Notes: generated from the letters alone by a model not told the origin. Numbered from the stretch's first letter, positions 1 through 8,871 are shown. The stretch is DNA of 64,000 bases from Candidatus Bathyarchaeia archaeon (GCA_038727135.1 JAVYWL010000001.1:1-64000), one strand, 5' to 3'. Numbers and translations are program-made.

Positions 1-139
1 GAACTTTTACAGCGTCTTTGTGGGCTCCAGCCTCAACTTGGATGCATGTTTTTTCGGGACGCAGAGATTTAGTTTGGAGTATCCTATCCCTAAGCGCATC
101 GCTTAAGGCTTTCAAAATCTCATCAATGTTTATCGACAT
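1..139 (-). CDS. NuoC-like subunit (5' part; runs off window)
   Basis: GGAGG + ATG at 139 overlapping the nuoB-like end; MSINIDEILKALSDALRDRILQTK... Assigned by operon position. Confidence 0.55.
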   Translation of the reverse strand, partial: MSINIDEILKALSDALRDRILQTKSLRPEKTCIQVEAGAHKDAVKV

Positions 140-572
140 GCTTTGCCTCCTTGAGCGAATCAAGCAATTTTAAAATACCGTCAATTATCGCCTCTGGCTT
201 TGGTGGACATCCCGGAATATAAACATTGACCGGAATGACTTTATCAACGCCGCCAATCACATTGTAACTTCCTTCAAACACTCCGCCCGAACAAGCACAC
301 GCACCTATGGCAACAACAAATCTAGGCTCAGGCATCTGCTCATAAATACGCCTTAATCTATCCGCACATTGACGGGTGACAACACCAGTGGTTAATAGAA
401 CATCAGCATGTCTCGGCGAAGGTTCAAGCAATATTCCAAAACGTTCAACATCATATCTAGGCGTTAAAAGGGCGACAACCTCAATATCGCAAGCGTTGCA
501 CGCTCCAGAATTAAAATGAAGAACCCAAGGTGATCTTAGCCTCGCCCACTTTAAAAGGCTGGCTCTACTCGT
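123..572 (-). CDS. nuoB: NuoB / group 4 hydrogenase small-subunit family Fe-S protein
   Basis: Frame extends upstream of the track start through SPWVLHFNSGACNACDIE; also SPRHAD, GACACSGG, PGCPPKP. Best-placed start is ACG at 570-572 after GGAGG. Confidence 0.85.
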   Translation of the reverse strand, partial: TSRASLLKWARLRSPWVLHFNSGACNACDIEVVALLTPRYDVERFGILLEPSPRHADVLLTTGVVTRQCADRLRRIYEQMPEPRFVVAIGACACSGGVFEGSYNVIGGVDKVIPVNVYIPGCPPKPEAIIDGILKLLDSLKEAKHVDKH

Positions 573-901
573 TAACGGTCGCCTCCATCTAAAAGCAACA
601 AGCCAGACAAAAGGACAATGAATAAGTAAATTACGAAGAACAAAACATTTGCCATGTGAATAGCCAATGCAGCAAAAGCCGTCAACAGCACCGACGAGTC
701 CAAAATCACAAAGTATATAAGATATCTATAATGAGAAACGCTGACTTTCAATTTATCAAAATTCACCTTCTCACCACAAGCATAAGCAGATTTACCATTT
801 TCACTACGCATAGATTTAGGGGACAACAAACGTCCAAGCAAATAAATTATAGATGATACAGCCAGAATCAAAACAAAGGCAACAGCCAGCTCAATAATCG
901 T
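572..901 (-). CDS. nuoA: NuoA-like membrane subunit
   Basis: Three TM segments, AYACGE loop, YLIYFVILD; GGAGGT then ACG at 899-901 (TTG at 871 is the alternative). Confidence 0.75.
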   Translation of the reverse strand, partial: TIIELAVAFVLILAVSSIIYLLGRLLSPKSMRSENGKSAYACGEKVNFDKLKVSVSHYRYLIYFVILDSSVLLTAFAALAIHMANVLFFVIYLFIVLLSGLLLLDGGDR

Positions 902-1214
902 ATGCTTACCTCCTTAAACCCGATAATTATGCTTCACCCCTTGCGTTTTAACCACCTTCTTTAACCAAGTGCCACGACAACACATACGCTTTGTAGTACG
1001 CGCGAAACATGGACGCTATACCTGCTCTTTATTGCACTCATGGAAACAAACGGCAAGATTTAAATTTTATCAGAAATGCTCAAAGCTTCATACATAAGAG
1101 TGCATCCAACATCTTCCTAATTTTCCGTTAGTTGCAGTTAAACGCAGATATGCGTTCTTTTTACAGTTTTTCTTATTTTTGGGAGCCACGATAATATCTT
1201 TTTAATATTTAAGT

Positions 1215-1379
1215 CTAGACCTTTTTAGCATCAATCTGTTGATATGCCCACGTAGAATTTTGTATTAAGACTTTAATCACATCTTCATATGTGTGAATCT
1301 TGCCTGTTTCAGCTGTTAGTTTTCCGAGGATTTCTGTCAGCTTTTTGTGGGTTTCGTCGGATACTTTGATTGTTTTCAC
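1215..1379 (-). CDS. Small RHH/antitoxin-like DNA-binding protein (54 aa)
   Basis: Hand translation MKTIKVSDETHKKLTEILGKLTAETGKIHTYEDVIKVLI; below track cutoff. Confidence 0.65.
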   Translation of the reverse strand: MKTIKVSDETHKKLTEILGKLTAETGKIHTYEDVIKVLIQNSTWAYQQIDAKKV

Positions 1380-1382
1380 AGC

Positions 1383-1796
1383 TTATTCCTCCTTGATTCT
1401 CTTGCTTATGGGCCAGTCTTTCTGGGAGAGTATCTCCCTCACCTTTGGTATTTTTAGGGCGAATTCTACGTGGCGGCAGTTGTCCGTTCCACAGTATTCA
1501 CATATTATGCGGTCCGGCTTGAAGTATACGTCAACTATGCGCCCTCTTGAATAGCCATTTGCCAATGTGCGATCAAGAATGCGGACACCATTTTCGCTTA
1601 TGTTAAAGTGTTCAAGCGGAGGCACCTCAGGGGGCTGGGTAAAGATTTTTAGTTGTTCGCATTTTTCGCGAATAGCGTCTGTTACGAAGTCTGCGAGGCT
1701 TTTGTATCCCATTTCCGGATGCGCCCTAATGTATTCCTCTATCTTATTTACGAGCTCTCTGTTTAGGGTTATTCCCCTGTATTTGCCCACCGGCAT
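1383..1796 (-). CDS. RHH regulator with C-terminal CxxC-x4-CxH (SWIM-like) zinc motif
   Basis: YRGITLNRELV...YKSLADFVTDAIR; CEYCGTDNCRH. Confidence 0.7.
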   Translation of the reverse strand: MPVGKYRGITLNRELVNKIEEYIRAHPEMGYKSLADFVTDAIREKCEQLKIFTQPPEVPPLEHFNISENGVRILDRTLANGYSRGRIVDVYFKPDRIICEYCGTDNCRHVEFALKIPKVREILSQKDWPISKRIKEE

Positions 1797-1799
1797 ATA

Positions 1800-1920
1800 C
1801 CTTACCTAAACCTTATCTATACATTAGCAAAGCCTTAATAAATTTTCGGTCGCCACACTCCAGCCTTTTTATTTCCTCCGTTCAACAATTCTTATATTTT
1901 TAACCACATAAACACCACAT
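1800..1920. promoter_or_regulatory. Divergent promoter region with tandem operator-like repeats
   Basis: CCTTA(C/T)CTA at 1800 and 1811; ACCACAT at 1903 and 1914 (both 11-bp spacing); TATA-like boxes at ~1835-1842 (-) and ~1892-1897 (+). Confidence 0.5.
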
Positions 1921-1946
1921 TTATGAAGTTTGAGCGGGGTAAAAAT

Positions 1947-2129
1947 ATGCCTACAAGCAACTATAAGAGCGTCACATTGAAGGAGGAGCTTGTGGAGCGC
2001 GTTAAAACGCTAATCGAAAGGGTCGGAACATACCACAGCATCTCAGAATTTGTTTCAGAAGCTGTACGCCTAAGGGTTGAAGCCATAGAAACCCAGGAAA
2101 AACTGAGGAGGGCAAACCATGAAGGTTAA
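1947..2129 (+). CDS. RHH (CopG/Arc/MetJ) regulator
   Basis: YKSVTLKEELV...YHSISEFVSEAVRLR. Confidence 0.75.
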   Translation: MPTSNYKSVTLKEELVERVKTLIERVGTYHSISEFVSEAVRLRVEAIETQEKLRRANHEG

Positions 2130-2159
2130 AGCCATATCCACAGTCCGGGGGCACATCTA

Positions 2160-2438
2160 ATGAAGGAAATAATTCGCAACTTTGAAGAGTTCAAAGCTAG
2201 AGCAGACCTTACCAAACCCATTCACCATTCAGGAACAGTGATCGCCAAAAATGGGTTCATTCAAAGGCTTGTTTTCCGCATCTATGGCATAGACAGAGAT
2301 AAAGGCCACATACTAATTTTCGAAACGCAGAAGGTCAGCTCCCTTGCTGACGCTGAAAAGCTTCAAAACGAGTACCGCAAGCTTGTGGAAAAATACGCCA
2401 AACCTCTAGGCTCGACCGAAGGAGCATGGACAGAATGA
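2160..2438 (+). CDS. Hypothetical protein (element)
   Basis: 92-aa ORF translationally coupled in the operon. Confidence 0.6.
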   Translation: MKEIIRNFEEFKARADLTKPIHHSGTVIAKNGFIQRLVFRIYGIDRDKGHILIFETQKVSSLADAEKLQNEYRKLVEKYAKPLGSTEGAWTE

Positions 2439-2746
2439 CGGAAAAAGGAAACGAAGACCTAGCCTTAACTGCATTACTGAATTTTTTGGATGCTGTTGAG
2501 GCTGGCGTTTCCGCAGCAAAACAGCGGATTAAAGAGGCTAAAATAGGCTGGAACCCAGACAAGATTAAATGGGAAGACGCGGAAGGTTCAAGCGGCCAAT
2601 ACCAAAGAAGCGAAGACTTCAACAATCCGGAGTTTAAAGCCATGCTTAAAGATCTGCAAGCCCATGGGGGAAAGCTGACCCGAAACGGATACTTTTATTG
2701 GGTCTTCAAAAACGGCTCAACCGTTGGAAGGAAAAAGCGAAGTTGA
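2435..2746 (+). CDS. Hypothetical protein (element)
   Basis: ATGA overlap with the previous gene; TTGA overlap with the next. Confidence 0.65.
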   Translation: MTEKGNEDLALTALLNFLDAVEAGVSAAKQRIKEAKIGWNPDKIKWEDAEGSSGQYQRSEDFNNPEFKAMLKDLQAHGGKLTRNGYFYWVFKNGSTVGRKKRS

Positions 2747-4290
2747 CCCAAACAGTTGTAACTCCAGGCTTGGCCCTACAAGACATAGTTTTTGAACAAA
2801 CAGACACAGGCGCTTACATAGTCTATAATAGGCATGAACAAAAATTCCTGGTGGCAGACAATCCGTGGAACACCTTCACACACAACGATACGCGTTATGT
2901 CCCATTAAAGCGTGTTCCATGGCCAACAGCCCACATCCCCAAAGACTACACGAGCGAAGAAGCCCTCTTCAACCGAGTCAAAAAATTCTTTATCGAACAC
3001 CTGGACGTGGCAAACGAGCTCATGTATGATGTTTACGCTGCCTTCGTCTTGGCTTCTTGGCTTCCAGAAAACTTCACAGTTGTTCCATACCTCTTCTTTT
3101 TGGGGCCTATGGCCAGCGGAAAAACTCGTGCCCTAGAATGTTTCCACAGGCTCTGTTATCGCAGCATTATGGCGACGAGCATGAGCGCTGCCTCCCTTTT
3201 TCGTGCTTTGGAAGCTTGGCATCCAACTATAATGCTAGACGAGACAGAAATCTACAATAGAAAGGAGATGGTTGAAGTCCTAGCCATACTTAACAGCGGC
3301 TACCGTCGAGGACAATACGCCATACGAATAGAAAAAGTCCAGAACAATATTCCTCAAATTGCGGTTTTCGACACCTTCGGCTTCAAAGTCTTAGCTGGAA
3401 CACAGGAATTGGCGGACACTCTTCAAAGCAGATGCATAATAACAAAGATGAGTAAAGCCGTCCGCCCGGTAAGGCTTTTCATAGACGAGGAGGAAGCCCA
3501 AGAACTTCGCAACCAGCTCCTCATGTACCGATTCAAAAACTTCAACCCAAACACTCCACAAATAAATTGCCTAGAAAACAGTGGCGACTGCCAAGGAAAT
3601 GCTCGCGTCCTTGAACTCTTCATAAGCCTATTCCAAGTGGCGCCGTCCCAAGCAATAAAAGATAACCTAGAACAAGCCATGAAACAAATAGTCCAAACAA
3701 GGCTGAACGAGGAGCAGACAAGCATAGAAGCCAGGGTTTTAGACGCCATCCTAAAATGCGAGGACAAGGTGGAAAATGGAAAGTTAGCCATCCAAAAGGT
3801 GACAGAAGCCTACAATGAAGGCTTACCAGAAAAGGAACATGTTACAAGCCAGCTAGTTGGCAGGATTGTTACGCGTCTAGGCTTTGAAAAATGCAGGACG
3901 GGCCAAAAAGGATTAGCTGGCTTCTTCTGGGACACTCAAATTATTGAACGCCTAAAAATGCGCTATTATCCACAGCAGACCCTCTCCAAATTACCTTCAG
4001 TTTCTTCAGTTCCTCCAGCGAATCATAAAACTAACTTACATAAAACTGAAGAAACTGAAAGATCTGAAGAAAAACCAGGAACGCTTCCACCATTAAATGA
4101 GCCCTGGCTTCACCTAGACCAAATAAAGGCCATTTATTGGAGCGACGGATTCTTCGACTGGCACCCATGCGCCATATGCGGTTACACAAAACTAACAGCA
4201 TGGAAAGCCCAAACCTTCAAAGGCGAAAACGCATGGATCTGCGAAGACTGCAAAGAACTATGGGAAAAACAACACGACGGAGACTTCTGA
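2743..4290 (+). CDS. P-loop NTPase, putative replicative helicase of the element, with C-terminal Zn finger
   Basis: Walker A GPMASGKT, Walker B IMLDE, LQSR Arg finger, CAIC...CEDC. Confidence 0.7.
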   Translation: MTQTVVTPGLALQDIVFEQTDTGAYIVYNRHEQKFLVADNPWNTFTHNDTRYVPLKRVPWPTAHIPKDYTSEEALFNRVKKFFIEHLDVANELMYDVYAAFVLASWLPENFTVVPYLFFLGPMASGKTRALECFHRLCYRSIMATSMSAASLFRALEAWHPTIMLDETEIYNRKEMVEVLAILNSGYRRGQYAIRIEKVQNNIPQIAVFDTFGFKVLAGTQELADTLQSRCIITKMSKAVRPVRLFIDEEEAQELRNQLLMYRFKNFNPNTPQINCLENSGDCQGNARVLELFISLFQVAPSQAIKDNLEQAMKQIVQTRLNEEQTSIEARVLDAILKCEDKVENGKLAIQKVTEAYNEGLPEKEHVTSQLVGRIVTRLGFEKCRTGQKGLAGFFWDTQIIERLKMRYYPQQTLSKLPSVSSVPPANHKTNLHKTEETERSEEKPGTLPPLNEPWLHLDQIKAIYWSDGFFDWHPCAICGYTKLTAWKAQTFKGENAWICEDCKELWEKQHDGDF

Positions 4291-4293
4291 AAC

Positions 4294-5532
4294 TTGACCT
4301 CTAACCCGGAAACGATTGCCTGCCCACAATGCGGCAGCACAAGCCTATACAAAGACGGATTACGTTATTTAGCAAACGGTCAAACAACCCAGCGCTGGCT
4401 ATGCAGAAACTGCGGATACCGCTTCACAAATCCAAACCATAAAAGGCACACTCAATGGAAGAATCCTCCACTCAACTTAAATTTACAAGACTGCTCAGAT
4501 AATAATTGCCGAGGGAACGATGAGCCTTCATGGGGAGATTCCACCGCCCTTGGCCGGGCGGTGCAAACCTTGGCCACAGTGGAAAAGCAAAACGAAAAGC
4601 GGGACGCGGGAGCCGCAGAGACAAACCAAGGCCAACCAATGCAACAAGAAGGAGACGTCAAGGGGAAACTCATCCAATTCGCATGGTGGATGAAAAAAGA
4701 GGGATATAGCGAAAGCACCATAATAGGGAAAATGCAAATTTTACATCGCCTCGCAAAGTTGGGTGCTAACCTACTGCAACCAGACGCTGTGAAAGACATT
4801 ATAGCAAACCAAAATTGGAGTCCAGGGCGCAAAGCCAACGCGGTTTATGCATACGCATTATTCGCTAAATGGCTTGGAATACCATGGACTCCGCCTCGCA
4901 TAAAGGTTCCTGAAAAACTCCCCTTCATTCCAGCCACAGAAGAACTTAACGACTTAATTGCAGGCTGCACAAACCACGTGGCTGTAGCCCTCCAAATTGC
5001 CATGGAAACTGGTGCCCGAATCGGCGAGATCTTTCAGCTAAAATGGACAGACGTAGATCTTCAAAAAGGAACTATCATAATAACGCCTGAAAAGGGCAGC
5101 AACCCACGTATATTCAAAATAAGCCAAAAGCTTAGACAAATGCTAGAAAACCTTCCAAAGGACGGTGAACGTATACTAAGCCGCTACTCAAACATCAAAA
5201 GCCTTAGGCGCACATTTGAAAAGCAGAGACGCCGCATAGCCTTTAAACTAGGAAACCCACGGCTGCTAAAAATAAGCTTCCACACTTTCCGCCATTGGAA
5301 AGCCACCTGGGAATATTACAAAACCAAAGATATACTTCATGTGATGCAAATACTTGGGCATAAAAGAATCCAGAACACATTAAAGTATACTCAACTGGCA
5401 AAGTTTGAAGGCGAAGAGCAATACATCTGCAAAGTGGCTAAAACACCGAAAGAAATAGCTGAACTAATAGAGGCTGGATTCAGCTATGTATGTGAAAAAG
5501 ACGGCTACCTCTTCTTTAAGAAGCCCAAGTGA
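4294..5532 (+). CDS. Tyrosine recombinase/integrase with N-terminal zinc ribbon
   Basis: TGARIGE, K (PEKG), HTFRH, LGH, TLKY catalytic set; CPQC...CRNC N-terminus. Confidence 0.92.
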   Translation: MTSNPETIACPQCGSTSLYKDGLRYLANGQTTQRWLCRNCGYRFTNPNHKRHTQWKNPPLNLNLQDCSDNNCRGNDEPSWGDSTALGRAVQTLATVEKQNEKRDAGAAETNQGQPMQQEGDVKGKLIQFAWWMKKEGYSESTIIGKMQILHRLAKLGANLLQPDAVKDIIANQNWSPGRKANAVYAYALFAKWLGIPWTPPRIKVPEKLPFIPATEELNDLIAGCTNHVAVALQIAMETGARIGEIFQLKWTDVDLQKGTIIITPEKGSNPRIFKISQKLRQMLENLPKDGERILSRYSNIKSLRRTFEKQRRRIAFKLGNPRLLKISFHTFRHWKATWEYYKTKDILHVMQILGHKRIQNTLKYTQLAKFEGEEQYICKVAKTPKEIAELIEAGFSYVCEKDGYLFFKKPK

Positions 5533-5564
5533 TGGGCGCCGGTTCGGTAAAAGCATGGAAAAAG

Positions 5565-5638
5565 CGCCGCCGGTCGGACTTGAACCGACGACCGACTGGT
5601 TAACAGCCAGCCGCTCTACCACTCTGAGCTACGGCGGC
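5565..5638 (-). tRNA. tRNA-Asn(GTT), CCA not encoded
   Basis: GCCGCCG acceptor stem, GCTGG-CTGTTAA-CCAGT anticodon arm, GGTTCAAGTCC T-arm. Confidence 0.96.
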
Positions 5639-5697
5639 ACTTATGGCTTTGTCTATTTGTGTTCTGGTTTTAAAGCCATATTTAAGTTTATTCCGCT

Positions 5698-7170
5698 TTA
5701 ATAAATCCCCTTTTCTTTTGCTTTGCGTTGTATGATTTTCACGAAGATTCTGTAGAGGGCTCGCATTGGTTTTGCATACCATTTTTCGGCGAAGGATAAG
5801 CCAATCAGGTCGTCTATCCAGTGGAAATCGTGTATCAGGCATTTTATTAGGAGCTCTTCGTGAAGCCTCGTCATCTTTGTCTCCTTAAACCACTCTTCAT
5901 TTTTTAATCTGCCTAATGGGACGAAGAAGAGGGGTACTATGAGGCTTCTAACGTGTTTTAGGTCTTCAACAAGCTCTATGGTTTTTATTAGGTCGCCTTC
6001 TGTTTCTTCTGGCACACCCACGATAAGTGTGCAGGCTGGAACGAGTTTATTGTCGTGCATTAGCCCCATTCCTTGACGGACAACTTCAGGCCATTCTTCT
6101 GGCTTGAAGGGGTGAGCCTTTGCAGGCATTATTTTTTTGGCAAGTTCCGGCGAGCCTGTTTCTATGCCTACTTCTGCGCCCCACCAAGATTGCTTCTGCT
6201 GTATGATTTCAGCCACTTTTGCAAAAAGCTTCGGTTTAACCGTAACGGTTGCCAGTGAGCAGTGGCTCCAACTTAAACCACTCTCACATTTCTTCATAAC
6301 AGCTTCATGAAGTTCAATTAATTTTTCATCGTTTGGAATTGTGTTCTTTGAGCCGTAAAGCATGACGTCTTCTGCGTGGAGGCAGGCTGTCCGGTCGTAG
6401 CCGCTTTTAATATTAACGTCAATTTCCTGAAGAATTTTTTCAACAGGATACCACCTTAAAGGCCTCAGTGTGACGCTGCAGAACTTGCATCCTCTACAAC
6501 AGCCTCGGCCGATTTCCACCAAACCGTTGACGGACGGATTTACTATGTTTGGAATCTCTTCTAGGTTTGGAGTTTCTTGAACGCTAACTTCATAGTATTG
6601 GGGAAGCTCCCCTCCGTTTATGGCGGCTCTCACAATTTTTCCTATAATCTTTTCGGCTTCTCCGTCGATTATGCAGTCAATCCCATAATCCTTAACGAAT
6701 TTTTCTCTATAGCGGAACTGCCAGACGCCAGGGCCTCCAACAATAATTTTTAGTCCACGCTTTTTCGCCTGTTTAATTTCTGGTTTTGTCATCAAGTTGC
6801 GGAAGTGCTGGGCGAGGAAGGGCTCCTTCTTTAAAATAGCTGCAAAAGTGCTTGAGGCTGGACCGAGTCCAAAGGGGTCCATAACATGTATTCCTAAAAC
6901 TTTAGCTTCACCCAAATACTTGTCCAAGTGATCCGGGTCCACTGTTAAAACATCAAATCCTTCAATTAGAAGCTGGGCTTCAATCTTCCTTAAGCCATAG
7001 GGCGCCGCCACTGGTATGCCCTTCCTCGTCTTTATGGGTGGGAAGAAAAGGAAACTGTAAAGCCAGTCTGGAATAACGTTTGGAGGGGCGCATGTTCCAA
7101 AGCCTATAAACTCGTTGTGGTGGTAGTCGCTCATTAATGTGCGGTCAGCTGTCAGAATTATATCAGCCAT
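5698..7170 (-). CDS. B12-binding-type radical SAM protein, GDGT ring synthase (Grs)-like
   Basis: CCRGCKFC; N-terminal ILTADRTLMSDY and APYGLRKIEA motifs recalled from the Grs family. Confidence 0.75.
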   Translation of the reverse strand: MADIILTADRTLMSDYHHNEFIGFGTCAPPNVIPDWLYSFLFFPPIKTRKGIPVAAPYGLRKIEAQLLIEGFDVLTVDPDHLDKYLGEAKVLGIHVMDPFGLGPASSTFAAILKKEPFLAQHFRNLMTKPEIKQAKKRGLKIIVGGPGVWQFRYREKFVKDYGIDCIIDGEAEKIIGKIVRAAINGGELPQYYEVSVQETPNLEEIPNIVNPSVNGLVEIGRGCCRGCKFCSVTLRPLRWYPVEKILQEIDVNIKSGYDRTACLHAEDVMLYGSKNTIPNDEKLIELHEAVMKKCESGLSWSHCSLATVTVKPKLFAKVAEIIQQKQSWWGAEVGIETGSPELAKKIMPAKAHPFKPEEWPEVVRQGMGLMHDNKLVPACTLIVGVPEETEGDLIKTIELVEDLKHVRSLIVPLFFVPLGRLKNEEWFKETKMTRLHEELLIKCLIHDFHWIDDLIGLSFAEKWYAKPMRALYRIFVKIIQRKAKEKGIY

Positions 7171-7501
7171 CCTTTTCCTCCCTCCCAATCAAGTCCATGA
7201 GAACTTGCTTGATGGGCATGCCAAAAGTTTCTTTAACTTTGTGAAGGAGGTCCTCCCCCCTCTTTGTTAGGGAGTAATGCTTAACCCTCTTCTTCCCTTT
7301 CATAATCCACTCTGCGCTTGCAAATCCACCTTTCTCGAGTTTGTGGAGGAACGGGTAAACTATGCTTGGCTTCAGCTTTCTACCAGTAAGCCTCTTAAAC
7401 TCTAATATTAGCTCATATCCATGTCTAGGCTTATGGGCTAGGAGCCAAAGAATTACCGGTTTCTCCAATCCCCTAAGGAGAACGTTACTTACCTTCACCA
7501 T
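7163..7501 (-). CDS. PadR family regulator
   Basis: PRHGYEL, VYPFLHKLEKGG, KHYSLT. Confidence 0.9.
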   Translation of the reverse strand: MVKVSNVLLRGLEKPVILWLLAHKPRHGYELILEFKRLTGRKLKPSIVYPFLHKLEKGGFASAEWIMKGKKRVKHYSLTKRGEDLLHKVKETFGMPIKQVLMDLIGREEKDG

Positions 7502-7610
7502 GGCTGTTTAAGTGATATTTTATTTTTTGATATATCAAATTTTCTCTCTACAATGCGCTTATATCCTTAAAAGGTAATTTAAGCCTAAACAATGCGGAAA
7601 GGGCGAAAAC

Positions 7611-7952
7611 TTGATGGCTGAGCTGGAAAGCGAGCTGGTTAAGTCGGCTGTTCGAGGCTTCAGCAGAGTTGTAATTTTGTGGCTTTTAAGTCAAAAGCCA
7701 ATGTCTGGATATAGCGTTACTAAGGAGTTGAGGAGGTTAACTGGCTGGAGTTTTCATTCTGGAGTTGTTTACCCGCTTTTATATGAGCTTGAAGAAAACA
7801 AGCTTATAGTTGGGAAATGGGCTAAAAAAGGGAGGAGGCGCATAAAATATTATTCTGCAACGAAGAACGGCTTGATGGTTTTAGACCGTATTAGGGAGCT
7901 TCTTAAAATGCCTATAAAAGAGGTTTTGAAAGACTTTATTTTTCAAGCTTAA
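7611..7952 (+). CDS. PadR family regulator
   Basis: PMSGYSV, GVVYPLLYELE, KYYSAT. Confidence 0.9.
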   Translation: MMAELESELVKSAVRGFSRVVILWLLSQKPMSGYSVTKELRRLTGWSFHSGVVYPLLYELEENKLIVGKWAKKGRRRIKYYSATKNGLMVLDRIRELLKMPIKEVLKDFIFQA

Positions 7953-8025
7953 AAGAGGCTTCTATATTAGAAAAATGTATATTGGAGTTTCTCTATTGTT
8001 GAAAGAGCCATAGGAGAGTTAAGCC

Positions 8026-8586
8026 TTGAAAAAATTGTTAGAAGTGAGATGGCATGGCAGGGGCGGACAAGGGGCTTGGACAGCCAGCGAGTTGCTCGCA
8101 AGGGCAGCCGTTTATGAGGGGAAATTCATTCAATCTTTTCCAGAGTTTGGTCCGGAAAGGATGGGTGCTCCAGTTGCAGCTTTCACGAGAATAAGCACCG
8201 AGCCCATTAGGCTTCATTGTGCCATTTATAATCCGGATGTTGTTGTTGTTTTGGACCCTACGCTGGTTAAGACTGTGCCAGTCACTGATGGTTTAAGGGA
8301 GGATGGTACAATAATAATCAATTTTAGGGATGAGCCGTCAGAGGCTAGGAAAATGCTTAAGGACAATAGGGGGAAGGTTTGGACTGTTCCGGCGACTGAA
8401 ATTGCCATAAAGATTTTGGGCTTGCCCATAACAAGCACTGCCATGCTCGGGGCTGTTGCCCGTGTGACCGGCGTTGTCAGTCTGCAAAGCCTTGAAAAAA
8501 CCGTTCGGGAGCGTTTCAGAAGCGACATAGCCGAGAAGAACTTCGCAGTTATTAAGGAAGCCTATGAGGAGGTGCGTTCAGAATGA
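8026..8586 (+). CDS. porC: Pyruvate/2-oxoacid:ferredoxin oxidoreductase gamma subunit
   Basis: HGRGGQG, FGPERMGAPV. Confidence 0.93.
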   Translation: MKKLLEVRWHGRGGQGAWTASELLARAAVYEGKFIQSFPEFGPERMGAPVAAFTRISTEPIRLHCAIYNPDVVVVLDPTLVKTVPVTDGLREDGTIIINFRDEPSEARKMLKDNRGKVWTVPATEIAIKILGLPITSTAMLGAVARVTGVVSLQSLEKTVRERFRSDIAEKNFAVIKEAYEEVRSE

Positions 8587-8861
8587 CATCTCAAGAAAAA
8601 GGCTGGAAGGAAATTTCCATAGCCGCCGTATGCTGGAAGCCCAACACGGAATTCTTGACCGGTGACTGGAAAACTTACAAGCCTGTTCGGGACTTAGAGA
8701 AGTGCACAAAATGCTTGTTGTGCGCCATATTCTGTCCCGACGGAGCTATCCGCTGGAGGTCAGAAAAGGAGGATATAGAATTTGACTACAACTACTGCAA
8801 GGGCTGTGGGATATGCGCCAACGAGTGCCCAACAAAAGCCATAGAGATGAAGCTTGAGTGA
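8583..8861 (+). CDS. porD: POR delta subunit (2x[4Fe-4S])
   Basis: TGDWK, CTKCLLC...CP, YCKGCGICANECP. Confidence 0.92.
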   Translation: MTSQEKGWKEISIAAVCWKPNTEFLTGDWKTYKPVRDLEKCTKCLLCAIFCPDGAIRWRSEKEDIEFDYNYCKGCGICANECPTKAIEMKLE

Positions 8862-8871
8862 GGTGTGGATA

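Larger units (their letters stand above)
1215..5564. mobile_element. tRNA-Asn-associated integrative element (left boundary undetermined)
   Basis: RHH regulators, small hypotheticals, P-loop replication-type protein and a tyrosine integrase ending 32 bp from the tRNA 3' end; no att duplicate seen. Confidence 0.7.

Noticed and set aside
5534-5547. GGGCGCCGGTTCGG resembling the tRNA 3' end as an att site
   Set aside because: Short, imperfect and on the same side of the element as the tRNA.
5486-5842. ORFs 5486-5701 (+) and 5600-5842 (-)
   Set aside because: They overlap tRNA-Asn and the radical SAM gene; shadow ORFs.
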